This document shows positions 38,476-50,800 of a stretch of 64,000 nt of DNA, piece by piece (the first letter of the stretch is position 1; every line of letters starts with the position of its first letter). The notes beneath the pieces are model-generated. The model was given only the letters and a program-made list of their open reading frames with translations, was not told where the DNA came from and searched no databases. A program made the translations under genes and the position numbers. The stretch lies in assembly GCF_006345805.1 (NCBI RefSeq), contig NC_043006.1:28272001-28336000 (forward strand), given 5' to 3'. The stretch comes from Octopus sinensis. Its lineage: Eukaryota.

Positions 38476-41400
38476 TCTCTAATTACTTTGGCACAAGGCC
38501 GGAAATTTTGAGGGTTGGGTGGATCTTTGTACTTGACTGGTATTTTATTGACACCAGAAGAATGAAAGGTAAATTTCTCCTTCGGCACAATTTGAAATTA
38601 GAACAGGCAGTAAAATGTTAGAACAAATACCACAAGGCACTTTGTCCAACGCACGAACGATTTTGCCATTGCACTGTCAATAGGCTCCATTAGGCTTCCT
38701 TGCTTTGTCTTTATAACTATTAGGAATTGTTTTCGTTTCGTTTCTAAAACATTTATTGATTATCACTACCAAATTAACGCCTTTGACATTGCATGCAGTG
38801 TCATTGCTTTTCCGGTAATTTGTCATAGAGCAATTGATAACGTCACAATTGTAATTAACAATTGCAAATACTGCTTTTGTGTGTGTGTATGTGTGCGCGC
38901 GCGTGTGTGTGTGTTACGAATATGAATGTGTGAGTATAGGAGTATAGTTGTATACGCGCGTGCATATCAGTCATATTTCAGTATTGTTTCATATGTCACT
39001 GCCGAAAGTTATTATTCGAAGCCAAGTTAACAAACCTATGTTTTTAAACACACGTTATACCTTATAAACAATTCCAAGTTTTATTTAGAAAATGAATAGA
39101 TCTTTACATGGCGACGAGCCATCGAAACATCCCTCTAAATCTAACTTGACCCAACGTGAAGCCAACTACTTGTATCCCTCTAATCTTCCAGGCACAGTTT
39201 TAAATGACGATGAAATTGGTCAGGAAGCAGACCATTCTCACCAACAAAGATGTTCCGATATGAATTTAGATTCTAGAAATAAAAGACCGAAAATAGAATC
39301 TCAGTATTCAAATATGGATGTCATCGAAATACCGTTTCCTTTTTTACAGCGAGGAGCGAAATTAAAATTACAGAAACCAATTTTGAAAAAAAACATGTTA
39401 GTCTATCCGTTGTTATATATTAGCGTACCTTTCAGAGGTTCCGAGAGGCCTGAAAATGTACGCATTCAGAGACCCCGCCATAGGAAAAAAAGCACTACTG
39501 AGAAAACATTAAGATCTTTCCGAAGTCGATTTTACGCTGGTTTAAGAAGGTTTTACTCATCTTTCATATCGTGTGTGACCGACAATTTTACTTTAGACGA
39601 TCTTGACAGCACTCAAGACGTTTCCGACTCGAAAAGAAGACGTGATTACAGAAGCAGTAATTTAAGACATAGATACTAATATAATACCATAAGAATTTGG
39701 TGTGAATATTTCGTACTTAACAACGAACATTTGTTTCATTTCTTTGAACTATTATTTATTTCTTTAAGTCATAGAATCGATATCGATACAAATACAAAAG
39801 GATACATGAAAGAAAGAAGTGAACTTTCGATTCTCATATGTTATATTCTTATTTATATACATCTGTTTTACGTTTAATGCTAGATTAGTCGTAATAATAA
39901 AAAAAGTATTCCCGATATGGGGTCACAAAATTTGTGTATATTTAATGGTTAAGTAGTCGATTATCTGGACCCTAACGCTCAATGCTTGGCTTGTATTTAT
40001 TTTATCAATCCCAGAGGATGTGATAGATAAATTTATATCAGAGGGATTTGAACTCAGAACGTAAAAAGGTGTGATTGAATACTTCGGCTCTACTCTTTCT
40101 ACCATTCCAGCCTTGACCATCCCCCATCTTTGAGGGGTATCTAGTTTTAACCAATGTGTCTTTACGTTTTTTTAATGGCACGGTGAAACTAAGGGAATGC
40201 TCGAGTGCTTTTTCTAGCAGGATGATTGACCGAGGGTCTTCCCACTGTTGTAGAAGTTTGTTTTATTAATTTTAAAATGAAGTACATGAAACAGCTGCTG
40301 AAATCTTAAAGTGAATCTGAAGTTGGAATGGAATGTCAAATTTCAGATTCTTATTGAATAATGCAATAAAAATTAATTGCATATTCGTGTAACCCCGAAA
40401 AGACCCATCGAGGGTCTTTGGCGTGTCGCTACAACCCCCAAAGCCATTCTTATTTATACAATCATCTCATTGCTCGCATTTACAACCAGGTAGATTGTTT
40501 AACTCCATTCAACCGAATCAATGTAACTTCATTCAACTTTTACACGCACAGAATCGCCAACGCATGGAATAAATTACCTGCACCTGTTATTAACCGCCAG
40601 AACACAGCATCCTTTAAAAATTCCACGCTTCTCGAAATTCAGCAACTTTTCCTCTTTGTGGATCTTGCTGATCACGTTTCTGTGTTTCATTCTGTCTATT
40701 GTGCACGTACTTCTAGCTTTCATTGCTGTCTTTGTATGACTTCTGTCTGTTCTCTGTTCCATCTTTTAATCTTTCCTGACGAGTTGTGGTGCATCTTAGC
40801 ATGTATACAATCTCAATATTATTACTTATCAGCTTCATACAACCGAGACTGTCACTTCATTCCATTCGATTTTTTAGTTGATTTATTTCGATAAGAATAA
40901 AACTTATGATTGAGAGTCCGTGATGAATGCCAGAATTGACGATTGTCAGCAGCTCCTTTGTCGGTTTTATAACTAAAATATTTTTCAAGGAAGTACGATA
41001 TTACGTTGGTGATAGGATACAAACTGGTACTTGGAGTAATCATTCCCATACTAGATTTAATTCGTCACCCGGTTTAAAGCCACCACATGATCGTTGGATG
41101 TTTTTCACAGATTTACAATCTGTAACTAGCATTTAGTTTTTTCGCATGAGGAGAACTTGTTCCTGCCAGTTACAGAGACTCAAAAAAGGATCATAGTTCT
41201 TGCCCTAAGCCACTTATTTAAAAAAATGCTTGTAGGCTTGCAGTAGTAAAAATTTAGTCGTCTGCAAATGACAATGAAAATTTAAAGAAACATTGCAGTT
41301 TTGTCTCATATTTAGTAAAGGTTGTTCTTTTCTAAATGAATTAATTTTTACTAATAAAGTTATTTTACAAATTATTGATACATTCGTCATCTTTAAAGTT

Positions 41401-44289
41401 AAGTTTTTAGTTTGAAAAAAAAAATTGCAAATATATGCCAATGTAAGTGTGACAGTAAAAATTTGTAACGGTAGAAGTTAAATTTTTGTATAACGATAAT
41501 ATGAGACATCGATAGTTGATATACAGCAGGATGGATGTAATCAGTTTGTAAGGACTGGTTCTTCGTTTCTTCCTTTCATCATCCTGTTCGCAATATGTTC
41601 ACGCCCTATGCCAAGTTCTTCCTACCAAGAATATCATCTCTATGGAATCCCCTCATATATTTCTGCTGCAGACTCACTGGTTTCGGAGGACATCTGGAGG
41701 TCATAGATACATCTCCTTCCTTGACCAATTCTATAGAAAAGAAATTAGTTCACCCTTTGATTCAGAATGTTTGTCACTAAAATGTTTGGCTTTCTTACAG
41801 CGTTATCTACATTTCAAAGTCAGTACCAGTTTTGCACGTCAACAGAAGGTGACTTTTTGAGAAATTGTAAAGCTTTCGTTCTTATATATAATGGTTTATA
41901 ATTTAGGCTCAAGGTAGGCAATTTTGATCGAGGGAGGTGAGTTAAATCGGCCCTAGTATTTGACTAGTACTTTATTTTTGTTGACTCTGGAGGAGTGAAA
42001 GGCAAAATTGATTGGAATTCAGATCAGAGAAGACCACAACGAACACCACAAGGCATTTTGTCCACCACTTTTACTAAATATTAAAAATGGATCTAAGTTT
42101 TATCTCTATTGTCAACTTGAAAAGCTATCATTGCTACAAGGTGAAACAAACCATGTGGTTCGTAAGCCAGCTACTTACCACACAGCCACTCCTACGAGGA
42201 ATGAACCTCTAGAAAGGTTCTAACTACGATCACCTGTTGGTCTCTCAACAGCCATGTTATCTCCTTGGTGGCTTTCTTCAGATGTTTGGTTTTCAAACCA
42301 ATCTTTTGCAGGAAATACCATATTGATCATGCTGGGTAGTCGCAGCAACCTACTTCAAATGGAATGAGGCTGCATTTCATCTTTTGACATCAAAGGTTGT
42401 AATAAAAGTAGATATCTCTTAATGTACGCCTCTTATTTTACATAATCTGTGACATATGAAATATTCTATAAGATGGTCGAAGATTCGAGCAAAGTATTGG
42501 CAGAGTCGTTAGAGCACCTGGAAAATGCTTTCCAGTATTTCATTTGATTCTTTACATTTTCTGTTCAAATCCCTGTGAGGTCAGCTTTATCTTTCACCCT
42601 TTCGGGGTCGACCTGTCTAGTACTGGAGTCAATGTAACCGACTAGCCCCCTCCTCCAAAAATTGCTGACCTTTTGCCAAAATTTGAAATAACAAGGTGGC
42701 GAACGAGCAGAACACTTAGCGCACCAGACAAAATGCTTCGCTGCATTTTTTCGACCGCTATGATCAAATTCCGTCGAGGTTGACTTGCCCTCTCTATGCC
42801 AATGAAATAAGTACCAGTTGAATTATGGGGTCGATGTAATCCTAAAATTACTGGCCTGTGCCTGAAATGGAAACCATTTTTATTATTAAAGTTAGTATAT
42901 TATAATAATACATTATTATATTATTACTATTAAAAGTCATATAGTCTCGTGGCGCGTAACTTAGTGGTTAGGGTGTTGGACTCACGATCGCAAGACTGTG
43001 ATTTCAATTCCTGGACTGGACGATGCGTTGTGTTCTTGAGCAAACCACTTCACGTTGTTCCACTCCACTCAGCTGTAGAAATGAGTGGCACTAATGGAGG
43101 CGCGTTGCTTAGTGGTTAGGGTGTTGGATTCACTTCAGTATGATTGTGGTTTTGATCCCTGGACCGGGCGATCCGTTGTGTTCTTGAGCAAAACACTTCA
43201 TTTCAAGTTGCTTTGGTTCCCTCAGCTGTAGACATGAGTTTAGCCTGGAGAGGGATGGTACCCCACCAGGCTTTCTCGCCCTAGATACGCTGTAGCGTTC
43301 CACCCCCCCCCCCCAAGGAGTTAAGGGACATGTCAATATAGTCTCATGAAGGAAATAGCCGTTCAGCGAAACAAATTACAAATCTATACAAGTAGTTTTG
43401 TAGAACCATTTCCACACATCTCGTACGAACCGTATTAAGGTGTCTAGGGACATCAATGTTTTTCAAAATGTAAATTGCGAATAGCCACCTTGATAATTCT
43501 CACTTCATCATCTTTGGAATCAGTCAATATTTCCTTTGGTGTTCTGTATAAGACTGACAAGTTAACTTGAGTTTTTAACCCTCGGCGATGGAGTAATGGG
43601 TCACTGAGGAAGATTAATCAAATCTGAAACCATTGATAATATGATTCCATCTTGCTTGCCGTAGCGAGCTTGTCTCTTTTGTCAGTTGTACTCTCACGTG
43701 GCTAAGAATTGTCTTGACTCGTATTTCTAGCAATGTTGGTGCTGACTAGAACATTCGGTTACTTTAGTGACGAGTAGTTGCCTTTCGGTTGTAAATGGCG
43801 AATAGTCAATAATGTAGGTAGGTAGGTAGGTAGGTAGGTAGGTAGGTAGGTAGGTAGGTAGGTAGGTAGGTAGGTAGGTAGGTAGGTAGGTAGGAGGTAG
43901 GTAGGTAGGTAGGTAGGTAGGTAGGTAGGTAGGTAGGTAGGTAGGTAGGTAGGTAGGTAGGTAGGTAGGTAGGTAGGTAGGTAGGTAGGTAGGTAGGTAG
44001 GTAGGTAGGTAGGTAGGTAGGTAGGTAGGTAGTAGGTAGGTAGGTAGGTAGGTAGGTAGGTAGGTAGGTAGGTAGGTAGGTAGGTAGGTAGGTAGTAGGT
44101 AGGTAGGTAGGTAGGTAGGTAGGTAGGTAGGTGGTAGGTAGGTAGGTAGGTAGGTAGGTAGGTAGGTAGGTAGGTAGGTAGGTAGGTAGGTAGGTAGGTA
44201 GGTAGGTAGGTAGGTAGGTAGGTAGGTAGGTAGGTAGGTAGGTAGGTAGGTAGGTAGGTAGGTAGGTAGGTAGGTAGGTAGGTAGGTAG

Positions 44290-44358
<69 letters not shown>

Positions 44359-47300
44359 AGTATGTATGTATGTATGTATGTATGTATGTATGTATGTATG
44401 TATGTTGTATGTATGTACGTACGTACGTAGTACGTACGTATGTATGTACGTATGTATGTATGTACGTACGTATGTATCTTTAGCTGGGCTAAAAAGTCAC
44501 ATTCGATCACAGCACTAGTAACAGTTAAGCTTCGTGCAATGGCCATACTCGATAACGAGGGGGCAGCCATAAATATATGTACGTACGTATGTACGTATGT
44601 ATGTATGTACGTACGTATGTATGTACGTACGTATGTATGTATGTATGTACGTATGTATGTACGTATGTATGTACGTGCGTGCGAGCGAGCGTGCGTACGT
44701 ATTTGTTCTCCACCACCGCTTGACAACCGGTGCTGGTGTGTTTACGACCCCGTAACATTAGCGGTTCGGTCAAAGAGAAGGATAGAATAAGTTCTAGGCT
44801 TTAAGAAATAAGTCCTAAGGTGAATTTGTTCAACTAAAACCCTTCAAGGCGGTACCCCAGCATGGCCGCAGCCATGTAGAAACAAAAGTGCATTTTGCAC
44901 CACAAAAGCCAATATGAAAGTTTCTCTCATAAAGTTTGTTTTTATAGAACACCCACATTTAAGTGGGGGATAAATACTACCTCACAGAACATTTAATCCA
45001 GTTACAGGCAACCTGTGGCCTGCACGACTTTGTGAATGACCAGCATAATGAAAAATTATCATGAATCTTTTTAATGCGAGCAATGAGATTGCTAGATTGA
45101 TGAACCATGTGTCATATGGTTCACTTCTCAAAAAAAGGTTGCCCATGCCTGCTCCAACCAGTCACTCAACCCACTAAAAATACAGCCAAATCTCCATTCA
45201 CTGACCTCTACTATCCTAACAAGAAAAGGACTTATTGGACAATGTAGGGATCTTTTCGATTTGAATGGCAGTTTTTAACATAATTTCTAGGTAACTAAAA
45301 AATTTTAAACTTCGTATACTAGTAGAATGTGTTTATAAAACATCATTTTCTCTTGGCTTTCTTGAGAAAATTCTGTAGTTTATAACATATTTCGTCTTTA
45401 ATTTCTTGCATTTCGGCAATTTCAACCAATCAATGACTGTCTATTGAGGTGAAAGCATTCTGTGCCCTATGAATATGTCCCTCATTTAAGAAACGGGATA
45501 GGGCAATCCCAGACTCCGAATCAGTGTGTGACTTGGGAAGCCCCAAGAATAATTATGCAACATTACATGTGCATATTACCAAGTTGGTAATACTGTGTAG
45601 GGGAGTAGCTGGATGGATTCTGAGATCATTCAGAACCAGGAAAAGGGATACCATGCTATTCCTGTGGAGAACAATTTTTGTTCTCAGTTGTCTGAATTAC
45701 ATCTCCCAATCGTGGTCACTGCAGAGCGTCAAGCTGATGGCAAAACTTGAGGCAAGCCAACACCACTATACTAAGAAGATTCTTTTCTACTCTAGGCACA
45801 AGGCTCAAAATTTTGGGGGAGGGGTCCAGCCAATTAGATCAATCCCTGTATGCAACTGGTACTTAATTTACCGACCCGGAAAGGATGAAAGGCAAAGTCA
45901 ATCTCAGTGGAATTTGAACTCAGAACATAAAGACAGACAAAATACTGCTAAGCATTTCGCCCGGCATGCTAATGTTTCTACCAGCTCGCCGCCTTAACTA
46001 TACTAAGAAGATTGAGCAACAGATGAGTTACTGGGAGAGGCTAAGAGAACTGAAGCTCTACCCCTTTGAGAGAGGGTATGAAAGATATACAATGATATAC
46101 AAATGGAAGATTTTGGAAGATCTAGTTCCCAAATTTGAAACTGAAAGCTATATCAACTGGACAGTACTGACTGATACCAAAAATCCTGTTTTCTCCATCT
46201 AGGATTAGGACACCATACTGTAACAGCTTGGGTTTCAAAGGTTCACAACTATTCAATATTCTACTAAACAGACTCAGAGATTTGTGAGGTATAAATGCGA
46301 AGGTCTTTAAAGAATGCCTGAGATACCAGATAAGCCCACATGGCAGCAGGAGACACAAAGGAGAGTAGCTCTGCCCAACTTGCTACTTCACCTGAAACAA
46401 TACAGGAAATAAATCTAATCACATTGAAAGGTGGTGCCCCAAAATGTCCTCAGTTTCTGGCTGAAACTAATAAAACAATAACTGTTTTCCAATTGTATGT
46501 AAATATTTTTGAGATGAAGTGGTTTAAGCCACATGTGTTGTACATGTGAATTTAACCATTAAAGAGAGAGAATCCCCTCTCGGTAACTTTTGTGTGTGAG
46601 TTGTTGTTCATATCTCCATGGGCTTTACCTAGCACCAAACAATTCAATGAAGTAAAACACGATCCCATAGTCTGCTGACTTTTTGAATATTGCCGGACCA
46701 TCCTGTCCATGCGAACATAGAAAACAAACTCAAAATTATCATGACTATGATATGGTATCAAAACTGAAAAAGAATATAATTTTCTTTCATAAACAAAAAA
46801 ATCTCAAATTTTGTGGAGAAGGAACAACCGATTATATGACTTTAGTAATTGACTAGCATTTTATTTTATCAACAACCCTCATAAGGATGAATGACAAAGT
46901 TGTCCTTGTCAAAATTTCAACTCAGAATGTAAAGAGCCCGAAAAATACCACAAATACCACAAATTATTTTGTGGCACTAAATCGATTTTGAGAATCCACT
47001 TGGTGAAAAAATGAGAAACATGCAAAAGTGAAAAATGTAAAACAGAAATGATGTAAGAAATAGAAACTTAAGGCAGACCAATACATCAAGCAACAGGAAA
47101 GGGGATAGTGAATTTATTAGTAGGAGAGGGAAAAGGGTAAGTTGGTGATGATGATAATAATGTTTTTATTCTTTTTGTAGATCAGTGCATTCTTTCAGCA
47201 TTCTAAATGAAGCACTTGAAGATTTAAGACAGCAAAATAAACTATCATCTGTAGCTTTGCTCACATTGAAGTTACATATGTGGCCAGATTTCCATGGTAA

Positions 47301-47843
47301 TCGTTCACCACTTGCAGATCCTACACTACGAGGAATGGTATGTTTTATTCTTTTACACGTTTCAGCCTTAAGGCTGTGGCCATGCTGGAGCACTGCCAGT
47401 GAATACATTTTTAGTATTTTTTTTTTGTGTGATAACCACTTGAAAGTGGTTTTATAACTATACAAGTGAAGTTGTACTGTTAGTAAAGACACTTAATTCT
47501 CAATGAGCTAGTGAATCAATCAGAAGGGGAAAGATACATTAATCCAGAGCATGAAGAGAGAAGGAGGAGTTTGCTTCTATTTGCTGGGCACTCCTTTAAA
47601 AGAAAAAAAAAAAGGGAAGCTCTACATCCTTGAAATTTGAATGAGCACCCTCCATCCTGGAGTCACAAAGTAGTTTTGTTCTACCTTGTCAAATTTCTCT
47701 TGGAGGCCCTGTTAACAAGCAGGGTTGTGTGGTAGAGAAGTTCATTTCCAAACCATGTGATTTCAGGTTCAGTCCCACAGTATCACGCCTTTGGAAATTG
47801 TCTTCTACTATAGCCGTGTGCTATATATATTCATATATGTATG

Positions 47844-47879
<36 letters not shown>

Positions 47880-50800
47880 CATGTATGTCTTTGTTTTGAC
47901 ATTGTGTGATAGATGTAAAAGAGCACAACTGTCATACCAGTGAGCTTGTTCATTCCCAGCCACGGAAATATATTACCTTGCTTGGAAGCAGGTGAGAGTC
48001 GGTGATAGGCAGAGGTGACTTAAATAAAAGGGCTATGTCCCTTTGTCTAGTTTGAATTCTGTATGGCAAAAAAAAACTGAAAGAAATCCCCAGCAAAAAC
48101 ACAAGCATATCTATAAACACACATAAAATCATACATGCATGCTTGCATGTGTATGTGTGTGTGTATATATTCTTTTATTCTTTTACTTGTTTCAATCATT
48201 TGACTATGGCCATGCTGGAGCACCGGCTTTTAGTTGAACAAATTGACCCCAGGATTTATTTCTTAAGCCTAGTACTTATTTCATTGGTCTGTTTTGCTGA
48301 ACTGCTAAGTTACAGGGATGTAAACAGACCAACATAGGTTGTCAAACTGTGATGGAAGGACACAAAAACACACACACACACACACGCACATGCACACTCA
48401 CGCACGCACACACACACACACACACACACAGAGGTTGGGTAACCATGTATCTCCTTTATGGCAGCACACCTGTTTCTGTCCGTATTCCTGATCTCTCTCT
48501 CTCTCTCGCTAGGTAACCTTGTACCTCCTCTACAGCAAGACACCTGTTTCTATCTCCTGTTTTGCTATAACCTTTCATCATCTGACACAAAATCACCTCT
48601 TCCAATGACCCTTCCTCTCTCAAAGGATTTTTGTCTTGCAAGTTACTTGGTGACCATGTCAGTGCAGGTGCCACATAAAAAGCATCCAGTCCACACTGTA
48701 AAGTGGTTGGCATTTGGAAGGGCATCTAGCTGTAAAAACCTTGCCAAAACTGACCGCACCTGTGCTTGTGTCACACAAAAAGCATTCAGTCCATTCTGCT
48801 GGCTGGTTGTGTTAGGTAGGGCATCCAGTTGTAAAAATCCTGCCAAAACAGATACAGTAGTCTGGTGCAGGCTTCTGCCTAGCCGGCTTCTGTCAAACCA
48901 TTCCACCCATGCCAGCATGGGAGGTAGACGTTAAACAATTATATATATATATATATATACATGACAGCTTTCTTTCAATTTCCATCTACCAAATCCACTC
49001 ATAAGGCTTTGGTCAGCTCGAGGCTATAGTAGAAGACACTTGCCCAAGGTGCCATGCATTGGGATGGGACCTGGAACCATGTGGTTGGGAAGCAAGCTTC
49101 TTATTTCTTTATTGCCCACATGGGGCTAAACACAGAGGGGATAAATAAGGACAGACAAAGGGATTAAGTCGATTACATCAACCCCAGTGTGTAACTGGTA
49201 CTTAATTTATCAACCTCAAAAGGATGAAAGGCAAAGTCGACCTCGGCAGAATTTGAACTCAGAACGTAGCAGCAGATGAAATACCGCTAGGCATTTCACC
49301 CGGCATACTAATGTTTCTGCCAGCTCACCGCAAGATGTGACTGTCAAGTCTGGAGATGTGTATTATTATTTGTTTTTTTTTTTTACATATATATACATGC
49401 ATGCTTACATACATACATACATACATACATACATGCTCACGCACGCACACACACACACACATACACACGCTCACACATACACATATTTGTCAACACCTGT
49501 TGAGAGCAACATTTGTTATATATTGTAGATTCAAGCGTATATATATAGTTGAACATCAGCAATGTAACATCAATGCAGGGTCAGTTAAAATATTCTAACT
49601 ATGAGGTATTCACATTGAAATTTTGTCGTTGTATTTACAGATTTCTGGATTGAGGCTGTCATCTTCTCAGAAAGAATTGTGTTTGCATTATTTAGCTACA
49701 GTACAAGCCCTTGCTGTGAGTATTCTGCTAATTATATGATCTTTGTTATGACTGACAAATTTTAAGCCTACAATTATGATTGTGATAAAAGGAATAAATC
49801 ATTTTTCTGTTAAAATATTCAACATGTCATGGAAGATCCTCTACTGAATCTTGCTTCAGATATTAAACATTGCTTCTTTTCACAAAAAAAATTATGTATT
49901 ATATATTAAGAATATTGTTTGTACTTTTTATTGTTGACTAGTGCATGCATATACAGCTGTGTGCGTGTGCACATACACGCGAGTACTGTCCAAATCTCCG
50001 ACCAATCACATACGGCTAGCTGGCATTCAATTGGTGTATCAAGTTTCGGGCATTTTGATTGGGTTTTTGATAGAAAATTCACAAAAAAGTCACTTCTATT
50101 GATTTTTTAATGGCTTTGCAGGGTGACTGGGGAAATGTAAAGATGTGCACGACCACCCTTGGACGGTTTTGAATGACCATAGAAAGTGTGAGCCCTCTAA
50201 CTGAAAAATTATGGATTTGTATAAAGGAAACACGCACACACATACAGACATTTTTGCCGTTTATATATATAGAGATACAATCACTGATTCCCTTAGATAT
50301 ACTATGAGGGTGGGTGTTGGAAAGAACTGTAACTGAAATCCATAGAACATCTCACTTTCTAAATAACTTTTCTGAGTTCAAATGCTGATGTTGTCCATTT
50401 TACTTTGCATCAATTTGGTATTAGTTTATCTTGGATTATATTACCCAGTGTGTTTTTCCTTCTTTTTTAAAGTGCAATTTACTAGAAATTTAGCTAGTAT
50501 TTCCAGCAGATCAAGGACACATAGAATAAATACCAGTAGTCTTTTTTCTTAATTATTTCTTAATGCCATAATATAACTGTTTGTCCATCTTTTATCTTTA
50601 GATGTGTGTGTTTGTGTGTGTGTGTGTGTGTATATGTACTAACACCACCTGAGCTGTGCTAACATTTATCTGTATCCCATCTTACCAATATGTCCTGTAA
50701 ATTACCCGTTCAACATAGGAAGATGTGGCCATCAGCAAGAACGTCAGGCCATCATTGAAAACTACCCCTTGAAGTCTTATGTAACCTATGTCAGCTTGGA

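Noticed and set aside
39775-39788. TATCGATA (Drosophila DRE) motif, overlapping a near-match
   Set aside because: An 8-mer can occur by chance in a CpG-retaining AT-rich region and DRE function is not established for this lineage.
43806-44790. 306-aa and other long ORFs (YLPT/YIHT/YVCM repeats)
   Set aside because: They are translations of stop-free microsatellites; the same applies to ORFs at 4728-5099, 14699-14959, 32419-32734 and 49337-49598.
44999-45151. Possible hAT MITE (right end ggttgcccatgcctg)
   Set aside because: Left TIR is degenerate and no 8-bp TSD is present.
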